Assembly: GCF_006345805.1 (NCBI RefSeq)
Contig: NC_043012.1
Coordinates: 20,956,001 to 21,020,000 of the forward strand
DNA: 64,000 nt
From: Octopus sinensis
Lineage: Eukaryota
Reading direction: 5' to 3'
Shown here: one piece after another, positions 51,413 to 64,000 of the stretch
Layout of the letters: each line of letters begins with the position of its first letter
Position numbering within the stretch: the first letter of the stretch is position 1
Notes under the pieces: model-generated
What the model was told of the DNA's origin: nothing
What the model saw: the letters and a program-made list of their open reading frames with translations, nothing else
The model's database searches: none
Made by a program: the position numbers and the translations under genes

Positions 51413-51879
51413 TAATTTGAAACCGAAGACCTATTCTCAAGTATGGCAGTGATGTTTCCTAAAAATATACACACACTTTCATATTTCATACATCAGAATA
51501 TCGCTGCATGTATGCCAGTGACAGTCTAAGACGATGGAGTTGGTAGGATGTTTATTGATTTTGTGGCCGCTACTTACACTGCCGCCGGCATTGTAACGTG
51601 TCCGTAGGAAAGATAGTTAACTCCCAGTTGTCTACTACACGTATCGGTAAATAGATGATGCAGGAAAATATTTCTCACTGCTTTATACAGTAGCGTGCAC
51701 TTGTCTCACATTGTTTTAATAAGAACGATATTAATATGCGGTGATCGTTTGTTGTTGTCAAATACAGAAACTAATTTTGATACTGCTTGTACTCCTTCGG
51801 TTTCTTCTGTTAAGCATCATTACCATATCAACTATGCTTTCCTATATCATTTACGAGATGAACACCTCGTTAGAGACGG

Positions 51880-52980
51880 ACACACAGATATGCACTTTAT
51901 ACAAAAAGAGTGGAGAGAAATTTAAATACATATCTTCGAGGCTGGTAAGGTGTCCCTCGAAGCTTCACTTCAAAACACCTGTACATAAGATCTTGACAAC
52001 TCCAAATTCCACCCTTGATAGAGGAATTCAAGGTCATAAGAATGATGTAGTGGGACTCTCAGTATGAGCGTGTAAGACAGGCAGATTTCGCAACAAGGTC
52101 TAGGTGAAGTTGGGTGGCCAGCACGGCACTCGCTGAGGTTGAAAGCGGGGAAAGCATGCTGAAGATACGCGACATCATTCAGATTACATGCAGATAATGG
52201 CAAGGTGTTGGTTCTTCCCATTCCCAATAATTGAAGAAGAAGGCTTTCAAGGAGAGGAAGGTCATGATCGAAGCTGAAGTATAGAAAGCAGGAAGAAGAA
52301 AGGATATCAAGAGATGTGGAGCTAACATCTCAGGGAACCTGAACTAAATGGGACTTCCACAAGATGAAGTTTACATGGACAGAACTGCGGAAACTGGAGT
52401 CTTTCCGTATCTCCTTCCTGCTGCGAGCGGTGCATGACACTCCAAGCGCCAACGAAGATACACAGATTGGGTTTGAAGTGGGTCGAGCTGTATAAACTAA
52501 ATGGATAAAATGGCAACCTGGCACACATATTGCCAGGGTGAAAAATAGCACTTAATCAAATAAGATACAAGTGGTGCCAACACTTGCAAAATTCGCAAGT
52601 GGAACAGAAAAAAAACTTCACTAAACCCCATCAACTAGGAAAAAACAAGAGCAGCACTCAAGTTTGTGAAAGAAGGGAAAAAACCTATGAGGACAGCCTA
52701 AAGGACAAATAGCTTTCTATATGAGGGATATGAAACTCCAGTTAGAGGAAAGACTGCAGTTTCCCCGGGTTTTCCATATATCCCACAGGCCAGATGTACT
52801 TTTGTGGTCTTAAAAGCAAGTAACATACTCTTGGTCGAGTTTACAGGCTTGTGGAAGGAAGGATGGAATCAGGCCTTCGAAAGGAAGAGTGCCAATTATG
52901 AAAGTCTTGTGCAGGATTGCAGAGAAAAGGAATGGCACTCACGGATTTATCGAGTTAAGGTTAGTTATAGAAGACGGTGC
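51880..52980 (+). mobile_element. Decayed HERO-like (RLE) non-LTR retrotransposon, C-terminal region
   Basis: Plus-strand KFTWTELRKLESFRISFLLRAVHD and LQFP...HRPDVLLWS / ILLVEFTGLWKEG...AFERKSANYESLVQDCREKEW correspond to the RPD...ELTVPWEE...ERK RLE motifs. Confidence 0.8.
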
Positions 52981-53042
52981 TGCACTTGCTTGCTAAGCAA
53001 TCGGCACACATGATTTTTTTTTATCGTGATCAAATCTTTGTG

Positions 53043-53084
<42 letters not shown>

Positions 53085-53118
53085 TATATATATATACATA
53101 TATATATAATAATATATA

Positions 53119-53149
<31 letters not shown>

Positions 53150-53172
53150 CATATATGTGTACATATATATAT

Positions 53173-53229
<57 letters not shown>

Positions 53230-53395
53230 AGGCGCAGGAGTGGCTGTGTGGTAAGTAGCTTGCTTACCAACCACATGGTTCCGGGTTCAGTCCCACTGCG
53301 TGGTACCTTGGGCAAGTGTCATCTACTATAGCCTCAGGCCGACCAAAGCCTTGTGAGTGGATTTGGTGGACGGAAACTGAAAGACGCCTGTCGTA

Positions 53396-53446
<51 letters not shown>

Positions 53447-53665
53447 ATGTGTGTGTGTATGTGTTTGTGTCTGTGTTTGTCCACCCAACATCGCTTGCTA
53501 ACCGATGCTGGTGTGTTTACATCCCCGTAACTTAGCGGTTCGGCAAAAAGACACCGATAGAATAAGTACTAGACTTACAAAGAATAAGTTCTGGGGTCGA
53601 TGTGTTCGACTAAAGGCGGTGCTTCAGCATGGCCGCAGTCAAATGACTGAAACAAGTAAAAGAGT
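53230..53665 (+). mobile_element. SINE family A, full length, young, inserted at (TA)n
   Basis: Nearly identical to 2417-2875. Confidence 0.9.
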
Positions 53666-53689
53666 AATATATATATATATGTTCTATTA

Positions 53690-53959
53690 TTCTTTTATTT
53701 GTTTCAGTCACTTCATTGCGCCCATGCTAGAGGACCGCCTTTTGTCGGGCAAATCGAGCCCAGGATTTATTCTTTGTAAGCCTAGCAATTATTCTAACGA
53801 CCTCTAACCACTGAGCCATGCGCCTTCACTATGTGTGTGTATATATATATATATTATATATATATATATATTATATATATATAATATATATATATATATA
53901 TTATATATGTGTGTGTGTGCGTGTGTGTGTGGTGTGTGTGTTGTGTGTGTGTGTGTGTA

Positions 53960-53994
<35 letters not shown>

Positions 53995-54437
53995 TCTTTT
54001 ACTCTTATATTTGTTTCAGTCATTTCACTGCGACCATGCTGGGCACCGCCTTTATCGAACAAATCAATCACAGGACTTATTCTTTGTAAGCCTAGCAATT
54101 ATTCTATCGTTCTGTTTTGCCGAACCGCTAATTTTACGGGTACGTAAACGCAGAAGCATCGGTTGTCAAGCTATGGGTGGGTGGCAAAAACACACGCACA
54201 CAACACTCAGACACACACATGCACACACGCACGCACACACACACAAACACACACACACACAAACACACACACATATATATATATGTATATATACTACGGG
54301 CCTCTTTGAGTTACCGCATACCAAGTCCACCCATAAGGCTTTGGTCGGTCCGAGGCTATAGTGAAAGACACTTGCCCAAGGTGCACAGTGGGACTGAACC
54401 CAGAACCATGTGGTTGGCAAGCAAGCTGCTTACAACA
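53690..54437 (-). mobile_element. SINE family A (minus) with a duplicated 3' segment and a stray family C head (53806-53829)
   Basis: The block tttgtttcagtca...ttattctttgtaagcctagcaattattcta occurs at about 53698 and 54010. The head region lies at 54330-54437. Confidence 0.75.
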
Positions 54438-54445
54438 CACACACG

Positions 54446-54505
<60 letters not shown>

Positions 54506-54535
54506 TTATACATATAATATACATACATACATACA

Positions 54536-54568
<33 letters not shown>

Positions 54569-54608
54569 TTATACATACATATACATATATATATATATAA
54601 TATATATA

Positions 54609-54652
<44 letters not shown>

Positions 54653-55128
54653 ACACACATATATGTACATGCACGCACACACACACACACATACACATAC
54701 ATACACAAACACACACACGCACATCGTACTGCGCTTGCCATTATGCCGACGTCTACAAAATCGATGATTGTCCTTAGAATCGGTTTGGTTGAATAGATAA
54801 GGTAACAAGTAGAATTAACTCCGGCGACTCCAGACACAAACTGCGTTCGACGAGATATGAAGCAAGGAGACACCAGACAATGGTCTGTTATCTTTGACCA
54901 CTTAGTCTGAACGGAATCCAGTGAAAGCAGAGAAAGAACTGGAAAACAGAGAATAGTGAATGGTTATTTTATACTTCCTTACATTTAAGCGAACTGCAGT
55001 TATATCTTGAGTACATTATCGATCGCTAATTTCGATCAAAAATATACTTCTCAATCTGTGTGTGTATGTGTGTATTCATATATATATATATGCACATACG
55101 TACATGCATATACACATGTACACGCACA

Positions 55129-55162
<34 letters not shown>

Positions 55163-55795
55163 TATATGGACGGTCGGACGGATGGATATATATGTTTGTG
55201 TGTTTATGTATATATGTATATATGTATATATATATGTATATTTATATATATCATATGTTTATACCTGCATTCATATACGTCAGTTTTATAAGGGAAATAA
55301 CTCTCTGACGAATATTTATAATTCTATACCCTGAAAGTGATAATTAAACAATTGTATTGATCATAGGCATGACCGATTGGTTAAGAATTTGGCTTTCTAA
55401 TGAATAGGTCTTGGGTTCGATTCCACCATAGCCATCTTTGACAAGGGTCTGTCAATCATGATCGTAAGTTGATTCCAGTTTTGGGAGCGATTCCAGTTCT
55501 GGGAGCGATTCCAGTTTGAGAGAAACTGTGTGCAAGCCCGTCATAGTAACTCTGCCTGTAAGTCAAACGTTTTACCTTGTTACATGATCTTACGTTGAGT
55601 TTCTTCGTGAAATACATGAAGCATCTACGCGACTTCGGAAACTCGACCTCTTATTTCTAAGAAACAAGTTCAGTTTATCGACGGAAACTGCGGAGATTAT
55701 GGAGTTAATCTATATGACTATTATTACGCTGCTTCTCGCAAAGTTGTTGAAATGGTGAATTTTTTATTTAGCTTCTGTATTCGGATTGTAACCTC

Positions 55796-56184
55796 TCTAT
55801 ATATAAAACTGAAGTTGTCTGTGTATGGCAGGTTTGGTAGCCGTCAACTAACACTATCTCCTCCGAGACCCTACTGCGCAAGTTGACCAAAATTGAGAGT
55901 ATGGTAGAAGAAGGCTTGCTCTTTCTTCCATAGAAGAAAAAAATTAAAATCGGACCATGTTAACATAAAAAATTATTAACATCAAAAAGGTGCTTGTTTT
56001 CTATGAAAATCTCTAATTTTTACGATTTTTTGACTGCTGTGTCGCCATTTTTCGGTGTATTTCAACCAGAAAAATGTTCACTTAAAGAGAATAACAAGCT
56101 ACATAATGCAAAATTTTTACTTTTCAAAAATTCAAATTCTAAAGGGTTGACACAAACCCAAGCAACGCCGGACGATACTGCTAG
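55796..56184 (+). mobile_element. Non-autonomous Helitron
   Basis: 5' TC-tatatataaaactgaagttg; 3' hairpin region cccaagcaacgccgg followed by CTAG|T. The 3' end is shared with 63545-63938. Confidence 0.8.
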
Positions 56185-58021
56185 TTTTATTAAGTTTCAT
56201 TTGAGCTCTCGGTCTCATTGGATTACATTTAAATGCCAGGCATGAGTTAAGTTCGACTGAATTAAATATGTGCCCTGAATATAAATTACTGATATTGTGT
56301 TAAATAACGTAAATGAAATTCATATTAGTTTTGTGTTTTCTATGTGATACTAGTAGGTTTGAGGATGTCTATTCCCAGTGAATATTCTCTTCGATCTACT
56401 TTCGACAGAGAATGGTAGCCATTAGGAAAATTGTAGGCAATATTTCCTGTTTTATCCCCTAAAGAAATGTATACATTTGATCACGCTTTCGCGAATCACT
56501 ACGAGAGGAAACAGTCGAGTGAAGATTTCTATCACGTTTATTTATGAGACATACAGAAACGCAATAAACGATTCGTGTTGGTTATTGGCATACACACAAA
56601 CATACACAGAGAGAAGGGTAGAAATACAAACACACAAATGCACACATAAATACACATATGTACAGACACACACACACACACACACATAAATATAGACCTG
56701 AATGAATAAGTGGTATAGAATTGAATCTCGTCCGACTCAAGACAGAAAGCATCTCCGATTTTCACCATGGCTCAAATACTCAGATGACAAAACAGAGAGT
56801 CCCCAGAAGATCTTCTCTAACAAGCCTTGACTACCTCCAAACATGCACTCGAGGAACTTTAACTAGAAATCAACAATAAGAAGATCTTCGGCCATTCTCG
56901 GCAACGACCACAGAGCAAACGGAGCCATTGATTTAATTTGGTGAAATAACATTGGAGAACGTGGCCTCTTTCTCTATACTGGAAATCACTTTTCCTCCAA
57001 TGATGGTGTTTATATTCTAAAAAGCATATTCTGAAAGAGTTGCAATAGTTTTTGTATGCGTTGTCACTGCAGACTTACTTGAATCCGCCATCTAACCTGT
57101 AACCATTTTCTTATAAGTAAAAAATATTCCCAATGAATGTCGCCACAGCAAATAACTTAAGAAATTTTTATAAAGGCCTTAAGTTATCAGTTGGTATGAC
57201 ATTATGGCATTATGTTTTGTTGATGTTTTTCTTTATTGTATTCTTTGCTTTTTCTTTTTCTTCCGGAATCTATAATTCATTCTTAAAAGTGACAGCAATT
57301 CTCTGTTGCTGTTGAAACATACGGCACTCTCAGTGAAAGGGATTAAGACTGCTATGAACATATTAATCAACTTCCATTTATTCTCTCTGAATCCATTATA
57401 TTATGTTGGGGAATTTTAATGCTTATGGTATACTTTGCTGACAAGAGAGTCTCCTTGTCTCTACACAGATTGTATTTCTAATAAGCATATAAATAAATTT
57501 TAGGAAATTAATTGTTATAATATTGAACACATCTCCATTTTACTCTGAGAGTCGCCGACAACTAGTGCCAGGCTTATATTTTCTCACTACAACTAAAATT
57601 AGTGTTACAATTAATCAATTAATTTCAGTAAATTAAGAATTCTTTGTACATATGCTTTACGATCATCTGTTTCAGATCACCTTACATCATCACGCCTGTT
57701 TTTTTTATGCCACCTTCTTTCAAATAATTTCCCAAGGTATTTAACAGCGTATTTGTTTCAACGAATATATACTAGAACCGGAGTAGAAATGTGGAATTAG
57801 ATTTGGTAATCATTACTGACACAACACAACACATCTACAGCATCAGTTAAGCATCGAAACTCTCATGTTTCCATCAAATCACTCACTAGAACCATAGTGT
57901 GTGTGTGTATGCATGTATATATGTGTGTATGTGTGTGTGTGTGTGTACGTATATATATATATATATGATATATATGTATGTATTATGTATATATGTATTT
58001 ATGTAAGCATGTCTGTATGTA

Positions 58022-58081
<60 letters not shown>

Positions 58082-58344
58082 CATGCATATACATATATGT
58101 ACTTGGTATTTATAGTGTTAAAAGCTATAAATTATGCAAATTAGGGACGTCTTCTTCATAGAGTAACTGCTGCATTTGTTGAAAACAGTTTGGCTGCATG
58201 TTTCTCTGGAGACTGCCAGAATGATGTAGACGCCTCTAATGAGAACCCAAGAAGGTTCGAAAATCGATTAAAGTATGCAAATTAGGGACTCCTTCATAGA
58301 GTAACTGCTACATTTGTTGAGTATATAAGCAGTTTGGCTGTTTA

Positions 58345-58630
58345 ATGGACGTCAGTGCAGTTCCAAAAGTTTCAACTGTCTCATCTAAGGCGAGGACCAG
58401 GTACTACAATAGCTCGGGATTCAAGGGCCCACAGCTATCTGTCCTTGTCAACACATCTGAGGGATCTCTGTGGAGTGGGAGTAGATATTTTCAAGAAATA
58501 TCTTGACCTCTTGCTATTCAAGATCCCAGATGAACCAATATCAATGCACGAAATTCAAAAGAGAGCAGTGGTATCAACCCCCCCCCCCCTTCACCAAAAG
58601 CCAATTCCATAGAATTGGCCAATTAAAAGA
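58345..58630 (+). mobile_element. 3' end fragment of a CR1-clade LINE
   Basis: STHLRDLCGVGVDIFKKYLDLLLFKIPDEP matches the typical CR1 terminal FKxxLDxxLxxIPDEP motif. Confidence 0.7.
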
Positions 58631-58852
58631 ATTAAAAGGTGATTACAGTGGCAGTGCCTCAGCATGGCCGCAGGCTCAAGGCTGAAACATATAAATAAAT
58701 AAAAGAATTTTGAAATATGTATTTGAGTGCGTGCATATAATAACGGTCAATCACACAGAAATTTCTCTTTGTATAACGGTCATTTTTCATATCATTTTTT
58801 CCGATGGCCGGATAACTGAAGAGATGGCGGCGTGGATTCTCACCTCGGCATC

Positions 58853-58915
<63 letters not shown>

Positions 58916-58919
58916 TATA

Positions 58920-59312
58920 CTGTTGTGTCTGGAGAGAGTCATTCTCTGTCGGTACCTTATATTTTAACACACTAACCGGTAAAATTTCCACTTATTACTT
59001 TTTTATTCCACTTATTACTTTTATACAAGGACACATATGGAAACACACGTCCACACACATGGAGAAGCACATCAATACATACAAACACGGTACATAGTTG
59101 CAAAACACACACATACTGATCCATACACATGAGGACAAACAAACAAAAAGGGACGCAGTGTGAGTAACTGACATAGTCAAAAGTATTGAAAAGATTGCAA
59201 GACGCAACGAAAATTTTAGTAAAAAAGAAAATATAAATAAGTAGAAATTTTACCGGTGAGAGTGTTAAAATATAAAGCGCCAAAAAAGAATGACTCTCTC
59301 CAGACGCAACAG
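58920..59312. mobile_element. MITE with ~77-bp terminal inverted repeats
   Basis: Left ctgttgtgtctggagagagtcattct...accggtaaaatttccacttatt versus right aataagtagaaattttaccggt...agaatgactctctccagacgcaacag. The left side follows TA. Confidence 0.75.
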
Positions 59313-59358
59313 AATATGACACATTCAAATAAAGAATCTTGCAAACCAATTCCCAAAA

Positions 59359-59399
<41 letters not shown>

Positions 59400-59487
59400 T
59401 ATATATATATTATATATATATATATGTGTGTGTGTATGTATGTATGTATGTATGTATATATATACACACACACACACACACATATAA

Positions 59488-59521
<34 letters not shown>

Positions 59522-59535
59522 TATATATATATGTG

Positions 59536-59775
<240 letters not shown>

Positions 59776-59877
59776 CATACATACATATATATATATATAT
59801 ATTATATATATATATATCTATATATATATATATTATATATATATATATATATTATTATATATATATATATATATATA

Positions 59878-60720
59878 ATGGAAATATGTTGCAAAAAGAA
59901 AATTGAAACTACACGTGGAAATGTATGGGGAAAGTTTTAAAAAATCAACGAAAATGCACATTGTAAATAAAAAAGAAAAAGCGTTTTATGAAAGGTAACG
60001 ACAGATATATACAATTAGATGAACTGAGGTAGTAATAAAAGTAATAAAAGTCATTATTATGAGATTATTGAAGAGATTCAAGCATACCGCGGTTTCATAA
60101 GTCTATTCATTGCTTTGAATGAACGGCATGAGTAAAAAAATTATTTGTAAGGGAGGTAAGTAGTTCTGGATTTTGTGCAGTCAGATTAGATATAGAATTG
60201 TAATGTGAATGATGTAAGGGATGTATGGTGGTTAGTGGTATAAATTGAAGGGTTACTAGTGTTCTGTATTATGTTATGTGTTCATATTTAGTTGGGGAAG
60301 GTATTTATTGATGAAAAGTGCTTCTTTATTCAATGTTTGTTGCATTGAGGTGTTCTGTGAACATTGATAGAAGGGGAAAATTTGGAAATTAGGATTATGA
60401 TTCCTAGCATACCTTTCTATGTGTTCACTAACCTGTAACTATTTGTATTGTGGGTGGCGGATTTGTTCTTTGTAGAAGGTGGTTCTTCGAGGGAGTGATA
60501 ATCCTGTTTGTCCAATATAGTGCTTACCACATCATAAGAATTTCATGGCATAGATTAGATTTTCCGAGGCACAGGTGAACTTTGATTTGATCTTAAATAT
60601 TTCACCTTGTTTGAAGTGGAATTCTGAACCCTCCAAAAGGTGGGAGCAGGTTCCACAGTTAGGAAGACCACATTTTTTCACTTTTGGCTCTGCTTTTAGT
60701 GGATATAGTCTTGCGCTGGT
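59878..60720 (-). mobile_element. 5'-truncated Penelope-like element: Cys-rich linker plus GIY-YIG endonuclease pseudo-ORF (60720-60274) and 3' pLTR with degenerate HHR (60080-60115)
   Basis: Reads KKCGLPNCGTCSHL...FTCASENLIYAMKFL*CGKHYIGQTGLSLPRR...QIRHPQYK*LQVSEHIE...FQIFPFYQC...KEALFINKYLPQLN with two in-frame stops. HHR-like AAGCA-AUGAAUA-GACUUAU-GAAA-CCGCGG-UA-UGCUU. Flanked by (TA)n. Confidence 0.9.
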
Positions 60721-60721
60721 T

Positions 60722-60762
<41 letters not shown>

Positions 60763-60764
<2 letters not shown>

Positions 60765-61904
60765 TAGATAAGAAAGTTTGTTTGGTAAAGCACGTGGGTG
60801 AATATATAAGAAAATAGTAAAGAGTGAAAAAACGACAGAAGGCTTAAATGTTAAAAAATATATATATTTGCGTCAAAATGTCTGGAGAATATTGGAAAAA
60901 TTTTTTTCGGTCCTTAAAATGACATAATTTTATAATTTTTAAAAAAATACCGGTTTCGCAGTTAGCTCTTCAAATTTCTTGTGACTTAATGTTTATTTTT
61001 AATAACGTAATCCTTGTATTTTTGCTACGGAGAGTTCTAGATAAGGGAAAGTAGTGAGTGATTTCTTCCGGTGTAAGGGAGATAATCGCTTAAAAAGATT
61101 TTTTTCCTTTAGTGTGAATTTCTCTGTATTATTGAGTTCGGAGAGTTGAGTCTGGGTTTGTACTTTTCAATGAAGAATGTTTCCTTATTTAGTCTAATTT
61201 GTGATGATGATCCGAAAGCACATTGGTAAAATGGAAAGATTAAAAATTGTGGTTGTAGTTGCTTTGCGCATTTCTCAATGTGTTCACTAAAAGGTATCAT
61301 TCTATATTCTGGGAATGCAATCTGTTGTCGATGCAGTGTGCATCTACGTCTGAGTGATACACTCAGACGTAGATGCACACTGCATCGACAACAGATTGCA
61401 TTCCCAGAATATAGAATGATACCTTTTAGTGAACACATTGAGAAATGCGCAAAGCAACTACAACCACAATTTTTAATCTTTCCATTTTACCAATGTGCTT
61501 CGGATCATCATCACAAATTAGACTAAATAAGGAAACATTCTTCATTGAAAAGTACAAACCCAGACTCAACTATCCGAACTCAATAATACAGAGAAATTCA
61601 CACTAAAGGAAAAAAATCTTTTTAAGCGATTATCTCCCTTACACCGGAAGAAATCACTCACTACTTTCCCTTATCTAGAACTCTCCGTAGCAAAAATACA
61701 AGGATTACGTTATTAAAAATAAACATTAAGTCACAAGAAATTTGAAGAGCTAACTGCGAAACCGGTATTTCTTTAAAAATTATAAAATTATGTCATTTTA
61801 AGGAGGGAAAAAAATTTTTCCAATATTCTCCAGACATTTTGACGCAAATATATATATTTTTTAACATTTAAGCCTTCTGTCGTTTTTTCACTCTTTACTA
61901 TTTT

Positions 61905-61914
<10 letters not shown>
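60763..61914. mobile_element. Head-to-head palindromic Penelope-like element remnant (~555-bp arms, 3-nt loop at 61357-61359)
   Basis: Both arms read outward as LRRRCTLHRQQIAFPEYRMIPFSEHIEKCAKQLQPQFLIFPFYQC...KETFFIEKYKPRLN, the GIY-YIG C-terminal half, homologous to the 60.3-60.5 kb ORF. HHR-like motifs lie at 60942-60980 (-) and 61735-61773 (+). (TA)n on both flanks. Confidence 0.9.
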
Positions 61915-61980
<66 letters not shown>

Positions 61981-62004
61981 TATATATATATATGTATATA
62001 TATA

Positions 62005-63540
62005 TCTCTTATTATAAAAGGCAGATTTTATCTGCCTCCTTTTGGGAGTTATACAAATCTACAATATAGCATTTCTTCAATTACAATTACCTAGCATTTT
62101 TAAGAGTACAATGCATCGCGTCATGCCAGGTCCAGTTTTTAAAGTTTAAACTCCAATTAAGCAAAATTTACAGAAAACTCACATTCTGGTGTGTGTGTCA
62201 AATGTTTTTCTTAATGTGGTTTACACCACACGCAAACGCACACACACACAAAGGGAGCGAATTGTTTCACTGACGCTATCACCCTTCTTCTCCTTTGTCT
62301 TTGCAAGTTGGCAGCTATAAAGTGAAAACAGTGAATCCGACAGCGATTAAGAACACGAATTAGCACCTGAATGGAGTGAAAATTAAAAACTGTTTCTTTC
62401 GGTGATTTTTCTGAAGAAACTGCACCAAGACACAGACTTTCCCAGAAGAGTAAAGCCTTACACTATTTCTATTTACTTTTTCGAATGAGCCCATTTAAAA
62501 TCATTACGGCAGAAACGAAACGTTACGCTAAACGTAAACAAAACGAAAGAAACGATAGTTGTTATTTCCCACAACCTTAAATGAAATTAAGGCCTATTTT
62601 GCCATAAATATTATATGGGTATCAGAAAGTTACCCAGAATAACAAATTCTATCGTAAAATTTTGTTGTATACCCAATTGAATATTAGCTAATAACCCATT
62701 TTCTATAGCGATGTTTGAACAAAATTTTAATAATTTTACAGAAAGTTACCCAGAATAACAAATTCTATCGTAAAATTTGTTGTATACCCATTGAATATTA
62801 GCTAATAACCCATTTTTATAAGCGATGTTGAACAAAATTTTAATAATTTTACAGAAAATTACCCAGAATAACAAATTCTATCGTAAAATTTTGTTGTATA
62901 CCCAATTGAATATTAGCTAATAACCCATTTTCTATAGCGATGTTTGAACAAAATTTTAATAATTTTACAGAAAGTTACCCAGAATAACAATTCTATCGTA
63001 AAATTTTGTTGTATACCCAATTGATATTAGCTAATAACCCATTTTCTATAGCGATGTTTGAACAAAATTTTAATAATTTTACAGAAAGTTACCCAGAATA
63101 AAACAAATTCTATCGTAAAATTTTGTTGTATACCCAATTGAATATTAGCTAATAACCCATTTTCTATAGCGATGTTTGAACAAAATTTTAATAATTTTAT
63201 ATATTGTTGAATTTACCTGTATCTACCTGCAATTAGAGTCACTTTGTGACAAAATTATAGTATAGAATTGGTTGAGGACATTTCATTAAATTATCTTCAA
63301 AAATCACATTAATATATTGATAAATAAAAAAGTTATAGTTGTTTAATGAAACCAGACTAAATTTATGATTACGTTAGAAATTAATTGAAACACATAAGGG
63401 GTGTATTTTGGTCAGAATATAGTAACGAAAGGATTAAGAAAAACCCAAAAATATTTTATTCTTTATAAATGTATTCAAAAACATTTTCTTTTAAGAATGC
63501 GTATATAACAAAGTATGTGTATATAACTACGTGGCTTATA
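62005..63540 (+). mobile_element. Probable non-autonomous Helitron body carrying an internal tandem array
   Basis: Starts TC-tcttattataaaaggcag after (TA)n. No 3' CTAG hairpin of its own was seen, so it may use the end at 63938. Confidence 0.5.
62623..63199. repeat. Tandem array, 5 copies of a ~113-118-bp unit
   Basis: Unit cagaaagttacccagaataacaaattctatcgtaaaattttgttg...gaacaaaattttaataatttta starts at 62623, 62739, 62852, 62968 and 63082. Confidence 0.95.
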
Positions 63541-63544
63541 TATT

Positions 63545-63938
63545 TATATATAAGAGTGAAGTTGTGTGTCTGTCTCCTACGATTTAGATTCCTAACTACT
63601 CCCACATTTTGCGGTGCAGTGTAACCAAAACCGGGTATCTTATAGTCGTGATTCATATCGAGCCCTTCTGGGTATTAGCGCGCGTCTACGATGAGTCTAC
63701 GATTTAAAAAAATTTACCATCATATTTTTCCATTTTAATGCATTTTTTTCGCTATTATATAAGGGAAGTAACTCTCTAAAAATATCTACGATGTGTCAAC
63801 GGTTTAAAAAGAAATTTACCTTAATTTCTTTTCCAATTTTTTATGCATTTTTTTCCTATTTTTTGGCTATAACTCTCTAAAAATGCTTATATAGTTATTT
63901 CCCTTACAAACCCGAGCAACGCCGGGCGATACTGCTAG
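63545..63938 (+). mobile_element. Non-autonomous Helitron
   Basis: 5' tatatataagagtgaagttgtgtgtctgtc resembles the 55796 copy; 3' cccgagcaacgccggg hairpin followed by CTAG|T. Confidence 0.8.
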
Positions 63939-64000
63939 TGTATATATATATATGTATGTTTGTATGTATGTATGTGTGTATGTATGTATATATATATATA

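Noticed and set aside
54700-54946. Minus-strand acceptor followed by an open frame (part of ORF 54496-54873)
   Set aside because: No convincing donor; the frame runs into microsatellite and no motif is recognised.
58800-58856. CUGAAGA motif beside (TA)n; also CUGACAU...GAAA inside the MITE at about 59165-59200
   Set aside because: No correctly placed GAAA, stem III and NUH, so no hammerhead could be built.
62623-63199. Regular ~115-bp array considered as a CRISPR-like repeat-spacer locus
   Set aside because: The units are near-identical along their whole length with no unique spacers, and the context is eukaryotic.

Overview
This is AT-rich, microsatellite-saturated eukaryotic DNA. Its SINE families resemble those I associate with Octopus (coleoid cephalopod), which is an inference. 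No host gene is recognisable apart from one possible isolated coding exon near 48.7 kb. Almost all ORFs in the supplied track are microsatellite artefacts or decayed transposon fragments. Conventional repeats include several tRNA-derived SINE families, RTE, CR1, R4/Dong-like and HERO-like non-LTR fragments, two decayed mariners, a hAT MITE, a TIR MITE and non-autonomous Helitrons, one of which carries a ~115-bp tandem array. The striking hidden layer is a set of about 14 type I hammerhead-ribozyme (HHR) motifs from several unrelated sequence families. All of them have a palindromic stem III (ACGU, ACCGGU, ACUAUAGU, ACAAUUGU, AUAAUUAU or ACCGCGGU), and most sit in or next to (TA)n or (TAA)n tracts. 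Seven elements end in fold-back inversions, and wherever an HHR or ORF fixes the orientation the inversion lies at the 5' end. Two are non-coding head-to-tail multimers that look like retrozymes: a ~533-nt unit with two GUC-cleaving HHRs at 16.8-17.9 kb and a 356-nt unit at 14.0-14.6 kb. One has a tRNA-like Pol III head and an HHR tail (37.5-38.7 kb). Two are Penelope-like element (PLE) GIY-YIG endonuclease remnants at 59.9-61.9 kb, one of them a ~1.1-kb near-perfect palindrome. Together these suggest a PLE-driven ecosystem of ribozyme-bearing, possibly circular-RNA retroelements that target microsatellites. All folds were read by eye; nothing was computed or searched.
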